A DNA stretch of 64,000 nt from Macrostomum lignano. Lineage: Eukaryota. This document shows positions 1 to 11,857 of this stretch, piece after piece. The translations under genes were made by a program, and so were the position numbers. The notes beneath the pieces were generated by a model. That model saw only the letters and a list, made by a program, of their open reading frames with translations. It searched no databases and was not told the origin of the DNA. The stretch covers positions 558,001-622,000 of the forward strand of contig NIVC01000095.1 of assembly GCA_002269645.1 (NCBI GenBank), read 5' to 3'. Numbering within the stretch: position 1 is the stretch's first letter; every line of letters begins with the position of its first letter.

Positions 1-387
1 TGCCAAATCCGCAGAATCCCATGAGCTGCATCATGCCGATCTCTTCCTCTGTCCGGCCGGTGATGTCCTCCTCGCGCATTGGCCGCGGCTCCGGCTGGGC
101 GAACACGGGCCCGGCCGGGGCAGAGCCGCCAAAGAGGCTGCCGCTACCGCCGCCTCCAGATGAAGATGCAGCGACTGCAGCTTGCTGATGCCTGTCACGT
201 TCGCGTTCACGGTCACGTTCGCGTTCGCGTTCACGCTCACGGTCGCGTTCACGGTCACGGTCGCGCGTCCGATCGCGATCGCGTTCACGGTCACGATCAC
301 GATGCCTATCACGGTCACGATCGCGTTCACGGTCTCTGTCGCGGTCGCGTTCACGGCTACGACTGCGTGAATGCCTGCTGCCGCGGT
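1..387 (-). CDS. snrnp27: U4/U6.U5 snRNP 27-kDa protein, exon 2 (continues past window edge)
   Basis: Manual translation of a frame not in the ORF track: DRGSRHSRSRSRERDRDR...PMREEDITGRTEEEIGMMQLMGFCGFG, matching the SNRNP27 conserved block ([20 protein letters not shown]). Acceptor ttttgtcag, AG at 389-388, phase 1. Confidence 0.9.
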
Positions 388-973
388 CTGACAAAACAAT
401 TATAGGGATTGAATTGGAATTTTTTATGAAAGTCTCACTCTTACTTTTAATTACTCCCTTTTTATTTGCAATTGTAATTTACATTTTGCAATTTAAAAAC
501 GAAAATTCCTAACATTTTAACAAATATGCCCTTTAGAATGCTACTTATATAAACAAAAAGTTATACATAAATTATAAGTAGGCACTACTTTTTGATAAAT
601 AACTTTGAATTTCCAACTTTTCTAAGTAGCATTTTTATGAAAACCTGACTAGTTATAGATCCAGAAAATTTTGAATAGTGGTGCAGACAACTAAAGTGCA
701 TGTTTATGTATATCATTTATATATACATGACAATGTGTATTCCCCCCCATTTTTTGAAATGACCCTATGCCTATAGTGTCCTCAAGCAAGATGCTTTACT
801 CTAAATTGCTTTTGTTTACCTAGCGGGTGCTAGCATTAGCTGGGGTAATTGAAGGGTATCTGTTTCAATACAACAGCCAGCTATTAGCAGTTTTTAGATT
901 TATCAAACAATAGTTAGGTCTCTAGCTGAGCTGCTAGTTGTATATTTGCCTATAAAGGCAAATGTAATCCATG

Positions 974-1706
974 AGGGGTGTCCCAAAAGTTCCCAGAATG
1001 TTTGCTCTAGCTCTTCAGTACCTTGACCAATTTTTGTCTTACATGTCAAACAAAAGATTATTTTTAACAAAAAATTGTCATTTGAATTTCTTTTCTATCT
1101 GGTTTTGGTCAAGAGTTACACCAGGAAATGCAAATGAAGGTCAGCACTAATGTTGTACAACCTCAAATGCCTATGGTGGTCCTTTTTCTATTATGAATTG
1201 TTTTGCAAAAGTGAACTTTGAATTTGTCAGAAAGATGTGGAAATGTCTATGGATCAAACCAGTGAAATTGCTGATCAGATCTGGTGTAGTACCAGCACTT
1301 GCTTACTCTATACCAAGTGCTTGCTTTTGGCTAAAGGTTTAAATTTAAAAAGCAAGCACTTGGTATGGAATAAGCAAAGTGCTGGTACCATACCAGATCT
1401 GATCAGCAATTTCACTGGTTTGATCCATAGACATTTCCACATCTTTCTGACAAATTCAAAGTTCACTTTTGCAAAAAATTGATAATGGAAAAAGGACACC
1501 ATAGACATTTGAGGTTGTAGTATAATATTAGTACTCACCTTTCTTCACATTTTCTAGTGTAACTCTTAACCAAAACCAGATAGAAAGGAAATTCAAATGA
1601 CAACTTTTTGTTGACACATTATCTTTAATTTGACATATAAAACATAAAAATGGTCAATGTACTGAGGAGCTAGAGCAAAGATTCTGGGAACTTTTGGGAT
1701 ACCCTT
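974..1706. mobile_element. ~730-bp foldback / MITE with Tc1-mariner-like ends
   Basis: The whole stretch is one imperfect palindrome centred near 1340. Ends GGGGTGTCCCAAAAG and (revcomp) AGGGTATCCCAAAAG resemble CAGGGTGTCCCAAAA-type Tc1/mariner TIRs. Confidence 0.75.
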
Positions 1707-2493
1707 TATATTATTATTGTCAAAGGCCTCCTTTTATTCTTAATTTGTATACAAAAATTAAACTTTCTATGCCATTTTAAAATCTACATTTCTAAGAAAA
1801 CAATTTGCTTTAATATTTACATTTTTCAAAATATTTTTGTAATTTTTTTTGTTTTCTATGAACTGAAATTTTAATATCAATAGATGCATTTTGGAGTGAG
1901 AGATATATAGTTCAGCTTGGGTTAGGCCTAGCTTAGAAAACATAGGGGCCTAATAGTAGGCAATCCAAAAGAGCATATTGCCAAAAGCATTCTATACCAT
2001 AACATATATTCAATTAGGCTTAGGCTATTCTATTAAACCTGACATAAATTTTAATACTTCATTTTTCTAATTAAAAGTTCTTAAGCCAAGGTCAAGACGT
2101 GGCTTTATTTTTGTTTTTAATTATTTCATGTTGCAACTATTATCTTTTTCTTTTAGGCCTCTATAAAAGATGAAAATCAATAACACAATAAGATAAATTT
2201 TCAACTATAGCAAAAATGTTCTTAATATTAGAATAAAAAACTTCTACTTTGCTAAACAAAAATTGAAATAAAAATTGATGGAAATCAAACTTTAGAAACA
2301 ATAATATATGACAAATACTTGGGGTAAGGGGGTCTACTTATTAACTTTTTTTACTTTTTCTAGTTTTCACTTTAATTAAGCTCTTGTTTCAATTGAATGC
2401 TTAAACAAAAAATACATTCATTTAGCATTGATCAAGGTTTTATAAAGTACCTTAACCAAAGTCTGGCATATATCATACATGTAGGGCCTATAT

Positions 2494-2867
2494 GGCAATG
2501 TCTTAGTTTCCTGTATTAAATTATTTTGACCCGATTTTTGTCATTTTTAATGCAATTGCAAATCATGGCTGGACGACCTTAAGCACCTGCAAATATTGTA
2601 CTTCCTGCTAATTTTAGCCATCAACTGACCTCTATGACCTTGAGATTAGTCACTGCAATCTGGTACTGTTGATGGTTGATACAAAGGTTAGACCAGTGAC
2701 GACCTTTTTGAATCCTACTTCAATGAGTTTCTCTGGTGTTGACTCTACCCAAAAAAGCTTTGGCAACTTTCTGTATTGGCTAACACATTACTACACCATG
2801 TAATACTCCTTTAAGACCTACTCATTTTAAACTAAAATAATTTAATGCGGGAAACTAGGACATTGCC
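2494..2867. mobile_element. Merlin-like MITE
   Basis: ~34-bp TIR GGCAATGTC(T/C)TAGTTTCC(TGT/CGC)ATTAAATTATTTT. Flanks ggcctatat (2485-2493) and agcctatat (2868-2876) form a 9-bp TSD with 1 mismatch. GG-starting TIR plus 8-9 bp TSD fits Merlin. Confidence 0.7.
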
Positions 2868-3243
2868 AGCCTATATTATTAGGAATATATGGGGCAAAAA
2901 AAATATTTTAGTCTTAGCAAATTCATTAAGTTTTCATTTGTTTCATTAAATTGCAAAAGAATTAGTCATTGTGAAGTAAATCTCAGAGTAGAGTGCATAA
3001 CATATAGGATGATATTAGGCCAATAAGGCCTAATTAGAGTCTTACCATTTAGTTTTACTAAAGTCAAAGAGATCTTATAAATATTAATGGCCTAATAATA
3101 CTTACTGTTAGGCCCTATACTTTTCGCTATAGAATACAGATAATATTATGAAGTTTAGCCATACTGCTCATAGTACTCTAAGGTAAATACTAGCACTAAG
3201 ATTAAGAAGAAATAACTTAATGGCATGATAAATTAATGCATAC

Positions 3244-3268
3244 CTCGAGCTGGCGAATGGCGAGGCAT
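3244..3268 (-). CDS. snrnp27: snrnp27 exon 1 (MPRHSPAR-G)
   Basis: ATG at 3268 and donor G|gtatgc at 3243. Phase 1 joins exon 2 to give MPRHSPARDRGSRHSRSRS. Confidence 0.8.
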
Positions 3269-4501
3269 TATAGTAGACTTGACTTGCTTTTTCTGGTAGG
3301 GCGCAGGCCTACTTAAAATTTATTTCCAGTTTTCAAGCTTATGTCGAAAATATTATTCAAAATAAAAACGTGCGTGTGTCAATACTGTTGGACGATAACT
3401 GCCGCCTCTTGGCACTGACTGGAAATGCCACGGCACATTATTGCGTAATCTAAGAAAAGTCCGAATCTAAGAAAACTTACCACAGACAAACAAAACTTAA
3501 TAGCGCAGTAAAAACAAAAGCAAAGTTGTATAAATCATATGATTAGAAAGGCTTTTTCACTAAAAGGTTTATACTTATTATACTTTGTTTTAGTGTACAA
3601 AAAATAAACTAAGAAGTTGAGAATGAGATCGAGTTTCACTCCCCTCTTTGATCTACTTTCTATACTCTACTCTCCTCTCTAGACTTTTACTCTACTCTCT
3701 ACGAGTATCTCTCCTATTTCTCCTTATTTCTCCTTCTCTTGGTTCTCCCCTATCTTATTCTTTCCCCGCTTAACCCTCCCATGCAGATCCCAGATCTGCC
3801 AATTGACCCTAGCTGGCTGACCCACACGCCACACTCCCAGATCCTCTGCCTGACTCAAATGCCACACTCCCAGATCCTCTGCCTGGTCCTCTCCGCCAGT
3901 CTCCCAGATCCCCTGGCTGATAACCTCTCTAACAGCTAGGAAAACGCGTGTCGAGCCCAATTCAAAAAGAGCTGAATTCTGTTTCTGTGAAAGAAGACAT
4001 GCAAGAAAACAATAGCGGAACTGCACAATGCAGATCAACAATGGAGCTTCTATCTAAACAGCTAATGAGCTGGAACCATGCTGCCTGTTTGTCTGGCAGC
4101 TGGAAATGAATTCAAAGCATCGCAGCTTCAAAACGCCTCGTGGATGAGCAATTTTTTATAATAGCTGCAAAAATCTCCACAGCATCGTCAGTGGCGCAAG
4201 CATTTCTTTGCAGAAATTTACAAGCGCGACAGAGCAGAAAAAGTGAAATGAAACAACCGGTCCCAGTTTGGAAGCCTTTGTCGGGGGCTTCAATGCGACA
4301 CATTCGGCATTCAGAAGATTCGCAGTGAAAAGCTTTCAGTTAAAGCAGGCATCGCATTCATTAGTGTGTATAAATACAAGTCAGTTTAGCTGGGGAAAAC
4401 TCTTTTGCGAGGTGCGAACCCAGCTCATAAGATCTACATATTGCTATTCTCTCGACATTGACACCCAATAGAGCTCTGAGAGTCGTCAATAAAGTCCCAG
4501 A

Positions 4502-4813
4502 ATGAGTCCCAACAACCTGCGGCTTACCTGTTGGGTGTTTGCAATCGCCTTAGCTGTGATTGCTGAGTCAGCTGACTCTTCTAATTCCCTCTCGAAATGG
4601 AAGCTGCAGTCTGGTGACATCTCCGAGTACAGGGTTCTGCGAGTGCTCAAGATTGACAGCAAGATCGACTGTCTGAGCAGAGCCGAAGCTGCTCACGCTG
4701 TCTCATTCAGCGCTGAGTCGGGTGACTGCACCCTGCTGGTGTGCCACCGAGGCAGCAAGGACGCCTGCCGAAAGTGCCGGCACGAGGGAGACCCTGGCCT
4801 GGTGAAGCTGTGG
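4502..4813 (+). CDS. Secreted fibrinogen-related protein (FReD), exon 1: signal peptide + degenerate PAN/apple-like region
   Basis: Hydrophobic N-terminus LTCWVFAIALAVIAESA. Donor TGG|gtgagt at 4814, phase 0. Confidence 0.8.
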
Positions 4814-4896
4814 GTGAGTAGCACAGCTCAGTGATCAGGATACTGCCGAGTTGTAACAGAGCTCTCATGCGAAACTTCATCTCTTGTCAATTTCAG

Positions 4897-5469
4897 TTCA
4901 AGGAGCCGTTGAGCTGCTGGACGACGTTCCAGCACAGAGTCGACGGCTCCGTCAGCTTCAACCGGAACTGGGGGGACTACGTGAACGGATTTGGTCAGGG
5001 CGAGAGACTCAACTACTGGATGGGACTGGAGCAGCTCCACCAGCTCACCGCCACTGGAGTGTGGAGAGTCCGTTGGGAGTTCAGCGACTGGAACGGCACC
5101 TGGTACTGGGCTGAGAATGCTCCGTTCTCTGTTGGCCCAGGGACTGATAAGTACAGGTGCTCGATGGGACCGCTGGATGTGAGCAGGTCGAGTGTCGGAC
5201 AGCGAACCGAAGCAGAATATTTGCCTAATAACCAACAATTCAGCACACACGAATATGACAATGACCTGAAAATTACTGGCAGCTGCGCTGCTGAGAAGTC
5301 AGCCGGCTGGTGGTATGGATATTGCGCGGCCATCAACCCGAACGGAGTCTACAAGATGTACTCGGACACCAAAGAAGATGCCATATACTACTACCTGTAC
5401 GACTCGGGAACCGTGCTGACACTCAACGTGACTATGAAAACTTTCGAGCTTCTCATTTTTAAGGAATAA
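4897..5469 (+). CDS. FReD exon 2: fibrinogen C-terminal domain
   Basis: Acceptor tttcag|TTC. Motifs WTTFQHRVDGSVSFNRNWGDYVNGFG, YWMGLEQLHQLT, FSTHEYDND, CA...GWWYGYC...NPNG. Spliced product 294 aa. Confidence 0.92.
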   Translation, partial: FKEPLSCWTTFQHRVDGSVSFNRNWGDYVNGFGQGERLNYWMGLEQLHQLTATGVWRVRWEFSDWNGTWYWAENAPFSVGPGTDKYRCSMGPLDVSRSSVGQRTEAEYLPNNQQFSTHEYDNDLKITGSCAAEKSAGWWYGYCAAINPNGVYKMYSDTKEDAIYYYLYDSGTVLTLNVTMKTFELLIFKE

Positions 5470-6149
5470 ATTCTCTGGAACTTCACTTCGAGCAGCTGCT
5501 CAACTGGTCAGCTACATCGGCTGATGCTCGTGGATTAGCCGACCTGAGAAAATTTTACTAAACAACACTATCTTTTAAATTCTGTTACATTGTTTTAAGC
5601 TCTTATTTTTGTGGGACAATTTTGTCAGATCCAGTGGCGATGAGCCGGTCCAATTTCCGTTTATTAAACATCACTATAAATACAAGCCAAACCAATCAGC
5701 TCACTTAAACTGCATTCAGATGCATTCAGATTATGTGAACTTCGATTTGATTTTTAAAGGACTGACGGCCAACTGCTCAAGCAATTCTGCTTTCCGAATA
5801 TTCAATTCGAAATTGGTACCCAAGCGATGCTGACGAAAGAGAGCATCGGCGCACATTCTCGGTAGTGTCCCACATAGAATGAGAACAGCATTGTTCGAAT
5901 ATAAATATTCAAATCAACGCTAAATCCCAAGCACTCAGGACTTGTTCACACAATCACGGAAATTAGCTATTAAAGCAGGCGATTGATCTGCAAAACTAGC
6001 CGCGTTAAGTCACAAAAATTGGCTTTGTCTGTCTGATCAAAAATAGATTTTTGTCTTTTCGAAATATTGACCCCAAAATTCTCAATTTTGCAATACGAGT
6101 ACACAACACTTACCACATTGTAAGACTTGTCTTAGTCCTGCTGGTCCTT

Positions 6150-6600
6150 TGAGTGCCTTTCTTTGACGCAGCAAAAGCACTCGTCGAAGAAGGATCTGGC
6201 GTGACGTCCTCCCGAGATCTGCCCCCGCGTGGTCACTTTGTCTCATGTCAGATCCTGCAGTTTCTCCGTGAGCATGTTACTTTCTGACAATTTCCTAGTT
6301 GGTCAGGCCGACGAAGAATTGTTCCCAAATGCTGTCACAAAGTCGGGCGCTTGTGAAGCCGCAGCTCTCCGCACCTAGCCGCTTCCTTTTTACGTAAGCA
6401 GAGATGTCTTCGAAGTCATCCTGCTGGATCGGTGATTGAACGCGTACAGATCCGAGTATATGCCGTCTCAGATTTTGTTGCTTCCGTCTCCTTAATCAGC
6501 AGGCTTTGCAGATCAGCGTAGGGAAATGCCGGATGGGAAATTTTGGAGTGGATGTCGGAGGCGAAAAGTCACGTGCTCAAGTGATCAAAAACAATTTGAG
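6150..6600 (-). mobile_element. Decayed Ty3/gypsy gag-like fragment
   Basis: Broken frame reading IQQDDFEDISAYVKRKRLGAESCGF...LCDSIWEQFFVGLTN*EIV, which resembles a gypsy capsid region. Contains stops. Confidence 0.4.
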
Positions 6601-6688
6601 CGGGCGCGGATTTCTATTGTGAAGTTTCAGAGTACCCGAGGGCGGTATTTGAGAAGCATCGAAGCGGGCCTGAGTTTGCCGACCCAGC
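6597..6688 (-). mobile_element. hAT-like terminal fragment (copy 1 of 3)
   Basis: Revcomp GGGTCGGCAAACTCAGGCCCGC...GCCCTC...AAACTTCACAATAGAAATCCG. Related to 15819-15895 and 19445-19545. Confidence 0.5.
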
Positions 6689-7495
6689 TGATTTATTGAA
6701 ATCAAATATCTGCAAGCTTTTCAGTTCCAAATTGATAATGTTAACGTACATGTAACCCAACCTGCATTGAGAATAGCTGTGCAACCCCCTGGGCTTTGGC
6801 GCTGAAAGGTATACAGCCACCAGGCCTCGTCTCCTCGACTTTTTCCGCCTCTGAATAGTGCGGTAGCTGACGTTGTGGCCACCGTTCCATTATCTAGAAA
6901 GCGCTTCTTCGAAGGTACACGTCAAAGGCGTGACCGTTACCCTGCAGTCACCTGGGCAGGAGTACACCCGGTAAAAACTCCCACTAACGAGATAAAAATC
7001 GTTGACCAGACTGACGACACGAGGTGGGTAGATGAACTGCCGACTTGATTGAATAAGAGTAATTGTTTTCGAAAAGTGCAAAGCATTCATAGTTGATTAT
7101 TTAGATCATAATTTATTGGTTAATTTCTCTTCGATATGAAAAAGTTAAATTAGATTAACAGTTCATTAGTCAAAGTCAGGGGTGTAACATACCGGTACGT
7201 CAAGCTTCATGCCATATTACTGTTACAAGAACATAAAAGGATTGACTGTACTTAATTTGAGGTTCTGATATTAGCGAATAGGCCAATTACGGTTCGAAAG
7301 AGCGTTGGTTAAAATATTTTTCTTATTTCTGATTAACTTCGCGCTACCGAAGGTAGATTAAAAATTCTTTCAGTTTTGCCCCCAAGACTTCTCTATAAAA
7401 ACGCAGATGCACTACTAATCTTGTCAGTAGTTTACAATATTTTAAATAATCTGATAATAAGTTAGCAAGAATGGAGTCGGCAAAAAACCACAGAG

Positions 7496-8426
7496 TTACT
7501 GCAAGCCTACATAGTGCCAAATTGGTGGCGCATTAACCATCAACTTCTCATAATCCACCATGAAGATCTTCAACCTGTTGTAGTAATAATCTTCATTGTA
7601 GGGCAGGTTGTTAGTCAGCAGGAAGTTGCGAACGGCCGGCTTCACTCGCAGGCACATGGAGTCAGACAGGCGCGGGAACAGGTGGTGCTCCACGTGGCAG
7701 CTGATCAGGGAGTGTCCGAACGCGAGGTCCAGCAGAGGATTTGAGTGCAAGTTGAGCACACCGGATGCCATCTGGAACAGGCGGACAGGCCGGCTGCTCT
7801 GCGACCACATTGGCAGGCCGATGTGCTGGAAGATGTTGATGTGGATGTAGGAGAAGCTGAACAGCGAGCGGCACAGCATGAGGGTGACCAGGCCGCCCAG
7901 TGTAGTGTAGCCGCACCAGTGCACCATGATGGCCACGAAGGTGTACAGTCCCAGGCCAGCTGACACCAAGAAGGCCAATAGCTTCAGTGGCTTCTTCACC
8001 AGCAGCGAGGCGCCCACCAGAGGCGTAACAGCCGGGAAGAGCACCGGTGCCAGGAACAGGTAGACCGGGCCAGGTAGCATCGGCATTCGCCAGGTGGACG
8101 AGTCGCCCAGCCCGATGATGTTGGTGTGCGGATGGTGCTCACGGATGTGAATGTCGAAGCCGGCCTCGGCTGGGAACAGGCCGACAAAGTCGCCGCTAAA
8201 CCAGGACAGGAATTTGTTGTAGAGCTCCGACTCTCCCATGGCGCCGTGGACGGACAGGTGGATGATCTTGGCGGTGACGATCGAGTGGCCGAGGCCAACA
8301 AGGAAGCCGCCAACCAGGAGGCGGCCAAAGTCGCTGCTGGCCAGGAAGGCGAGGCCAGCCGCGTAGAAGACGCAGCCGGACAGGAAGTGGGCATTGTCCC
8401 AGGCGTACTTTTGGAACCAGCTTGCG
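7496..8426 (-). CDS. FADS6: Fatty acid desaturase 6-like, coding exon 2
   Basis: His boxes HLSVH, HIREHH, HVEHH. FADS6-specific strings TNIIGLGDSSTW, NIFQHIGLPM, FGHSLISCHVEHHLFPRLSDSMCL, APPI..VGL. Acceptor atccgcag|C, phase 2. The exon extends 62 codons upstream of the track ORF. Confidence 0.93.
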
Positions 8427-8464
8427 CTGCGGATTTAGCGTTTGTAGATGGATGGGGTTTGTAG

Positions 8465-8668
8465 GCCGGTTTTGTAATAGCACTTTAGCACACTGGAGAT
8501 TGTACAACGCCGACTTTCTAATCGTCAGGAATGTACACTCTCTGGGCCTTGGGGGCTGGCCCCTAGGGGTGGTGAATCGCTCGATAACCCTCAGGCCAAG
8601 TTTTCGCATGAAAAGCCGCAGATGAATTTGGCCGCGTAGAGAATCGAACCCTGCTGTATCGACTTCTA
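8465..8668 (-). mobile_element. tRNA-derived SINE, family A (5' clipped)
   Basis: B-box GGGTTCGATTC followed by a body (GATTCACC..GGGCCAGCCCCCAAGGCCCAGAGAGTGTACA..GATTAGA.AGTC) also found at ~45.0 kb. Confidence 0.6.
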
Positions 8669-8670
8669 CT

Positions 8671-8690
8671 AATCAATCAATCAACCAATC

Positions 8691-8746
<56 letters not shown>

Positions 8747-8763
8747 TCAATCAACCAATCAAC

Positions 8764-8807
<44 letters not shown>

Positions 8808-9075
8808 TAATTAATCAATCAATCAATCAATCAAAAAAGCAATAAAGCAATCAATCAGCCAATCAATCAATCAACCAATCAATCAATCAATAATCAATCA
8901 ATCAATCAATCAAAAAAGCAATGAAGCAATCAATCAACCAATCGATCAATCAATCAATCAATAAAGCAATCAATCAGTCAATCAATAGCTCAACTGACCA
9001 ACCAATCAATCTAAACCAATCAATCAATCAGTCAACTAATCAATAAATTATTCAAGTAAACAATTAATCCATCAA
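8671..9075. repeat. (TCAA)n microsatellite
   Basis: Directly visible, in the FADS6 intron. Confidence 0.95.
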
Positions 9076-9137
9076 TAAGATTAACAACACACTGAAAAGC
9101 ATTTAATAATAAAACTCTCAAACTCAACAAAACTCAC

Positions 9138-9247
9138 TTCTTAGCAATATCATCAACTTTCTCCTTGAGTTGTTTGAAAGCGGGCAAATCTTTCACTTTC
9201 ACCACAAACTCTTCCGTGCTAAGCTGTCTCTCCTCAACCTTAGCCAT
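9138..9247 (-). CDS. FADS6: FADS6-like coding exon 1
   Basis: MAKVEERQLSTEEFVVKVKDLPAFKQLKEKVDDIAK-AA|gtgagt. Phase 2 matches exon 2, giving 346 aa. A probable 5'UTR intron lies at about 9299-9561 (ccag|gtaagt ... ccacag). Confidence 0.85.
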
Positions 9248-10236
9248 GTCGTTGGTTGATGCTGTGGTTCAGGTAAGCCGTGAAAGTCTGTCAGTAACCT
9301 GTGGAGTAAGTCACTTCAAAAGAAACTGATTTTGGTCGGTAAATAATCAAATTCTATGCTCTATGGCGCAAACTGTGAACGCCAAGAGAAATCTCAAATT
9401 AAAAAAAAAAGTGAGAAAAAGCACTTTGAAAACTGGCTGAATCTCAATTTATACATTTCAAGCTATTTTAGCATGGTTACAGCAGGCCAATATTATTTTA
9501 TCTGATCTATCTACAGTAAACTTTGACCCTAAAACTTCAAGCGACCTTGCTTTAGACTTACCTGGTTACGAAGGTCGCTGTTTGAGAAAGAATCGAGGGT
9601 TATAAATTATTTTTAAAAATAATCTATTCAGCTCTTAATTGTATCGATTAATCCTATAGTAAGATTGATTAATTATTAAACTGAATTAGGAACGTATTTA
9701 ACTAACAGAAGAGCTTACATTGCTGAGACCTCTGCAGAGACACAGAGAGAGAGAGCAATATAGGGGTAGAAATGTATTTCACAGAGAGAAAAACTCTAAG
9801 TTCGTGTCCTAAGTACTTGCACCCTTTAGTAGGTACACAAAACAGGCGCACATTTCTAGCAGGAATGGAATTGGGGGTGATACAGAGTGGAGCAGGCTGG
9901 GAGAATGGAAGTACATGTACGGAGGAAGACGAAAGAAAGGGATTGCACGTGGCTACGCAGATGTTCGTAATATGTTGTACTTGCTTTGACCAAAACTGTA
10001 TTTACTGTCAGTTAGATGGCATGATGCTGTAACCAATTAGCTATAATGCTGTAACCATAGCACCTTCTTGGGGTGTTTAGCTACTGGGTTGAGAATTAAC
10101 AGTGGCTTATTGTAGAGCGGCAAATAGAGCTACTTACACAGGAGAGGTTCAGAAGAGATTTTGAAACTAAATATAAGTAGTTATATGATTAGGTAAAAAG
10201 GGTTTCCGTATTTAAAAATAAATGAACAAAAGAGCC

Positions 10237-10595
10237 CCTGATTCCCCCAGAGTGGCGCCCCTGATTCCCCCAGAGTGGCGCCCCTGATTCCCCCAGAGTG
10301 GCGCCCCTGATTCCCCTGAGTGGCGCCCCTGATTTCACCAGAGTGGTGCCCTTGATTCCCCCAGAGTGGCGCCCCTGATTCCCCTGAGTGGCGCCCCTGA
10401 TTCCACCAGAGTGGCGCCCCTGATTCCCCTGAGTGGCGCCCCTGATTCCACCAGAGTGGCGCCCCTGATTCCCCCAGAGTGACGCCCCTGATTCCCCCAG
10501 AGTGGCGCCCCTGATTCTCCCAGAGTGGCGCCCCTGATTCCCCCCAGAGTGACGCCCCTGATTCCCCCCAGAGTGACACCCCTGATTCTCCAGAG
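10237..10595. repeat. ~21-bp GC-rich minisatellite GAGTGGCGCCCCTGATTCCCC(C)
   Basis: About 17 tandem units. Confidence 0.95.
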
Positions 10596-11017
10596 TGGCG
10601 ATACACAGCTAGCTACTTGGCCTAGTAGTGTAATAAAGAAGCACTGAATGCTTACGAGACAATTAGAAAAATAGCCAATCTATTTTTAGAATATGATTCA
10701 ACACAGTGCAGTCTGCTGTACAGTCAATCGTCTGAGCTGTTCTGTCTCTCTTCTGTAGAAAAACTGGCACTCGTTTGCACAACAATCACTCTAAAAGCTG
10801 TAACGTTAGTGTTTCTGTTACATGTATATTGCATTGCATTGCATTGCAACTGTCTTGTGCAATAAATATATCGCTTTCGTGAGTTTATATAAGCATAATA
10901 GAGGGACAACGCTAAGTTTTGCTAGCATTTCTGTACAGACAGATAACTTATCAAGGGCTATCGCCTTGAACGTGTGGCAAACTTATTCGTTGAAGCTTTA
11001 TTGATAAAGTGAAAATC

Positions 11018-11064
11018 ATGAAGTTAAAACGAGCGCAAAGGAGGGAGCCGTCGCCTGAGAATGT
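11018..11064 (+). CDS. Small HEAT-repeat-like protein, exon 1
   Basis: MKLKRAQRREPSPEN-GT|gtaagc. Phase 2 matches the acceptor at 11857. Confidence 0.7.
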
Positions 11065-11179
11065 GTAAGCTGGTTTTTATATTAGTTTGTACCATTTAAG
11101 ATAGTCTAAGCATATAGTAGGTGGCTTTAAATACATATATTACGATTGTATGTCTTACTAAGCTAGTACAATCCCAATA

Positions 11180-11845
11180 AACATGCACTTTAATCCCAGA
11201 TTGAATGAACTTTAATATCAGATTGAAAGCATTTTATTCCTAGTTTAAATTCACTTTATTCCTAGTTTAAATGTTCCTAGTTTAAAATGTACTTAAATCT
11301 CAGATTAAATTCAGTTAACTCCCAGATGAAATGCACTTTAACTACAGATTAAAAACACTTTAATCTCAGATTGAATGAACTTTAATCTCAGATTGAATGC
11401 ACTTTAATCTCAGATTGAATGTACTTTAATCCCAGATTGAATGCATTTTAATCCCTGATTTAATGCACTTTAATCTCAGATTTAATGCACTTTAATCTCA
11501 GCTTGAATGCACTTTAATCCCAGATTGAATGCACTTTAATCCCAGATTTAATGCACTTTAATCTCAGATTGAATGCACTTTAATTTCAGCTTGAATGCAC
11601 TTTAATCCCAGATTGAATGCACTTTAATCTCAGCTTGAATGCACTTTAATCTCAGATTGAATGCACTTTAATCTCAGCTTGAATGCACTTTAATCTCAGC
11701 TTGAATGCACTTTAATCCCAGATTGAATGCACTTTAATCTCAGCTTGAATGCACTTTAATCTCAGCTTGAATGCACTTTAATCCCAGATTGAATGCACTT
11801 TAATCTCAGCTTGAATGCACTTTAACCCCACACTGCATGCACTTT
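11180..11845. repeat. 22-bp minisatellite CAGATTGAATGCACTTTAATCT
   Basis: About 30 units filling most of the intron. Confidence 0.95.
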
Positions 11846-11857
11846 AAACTTCCTCAG

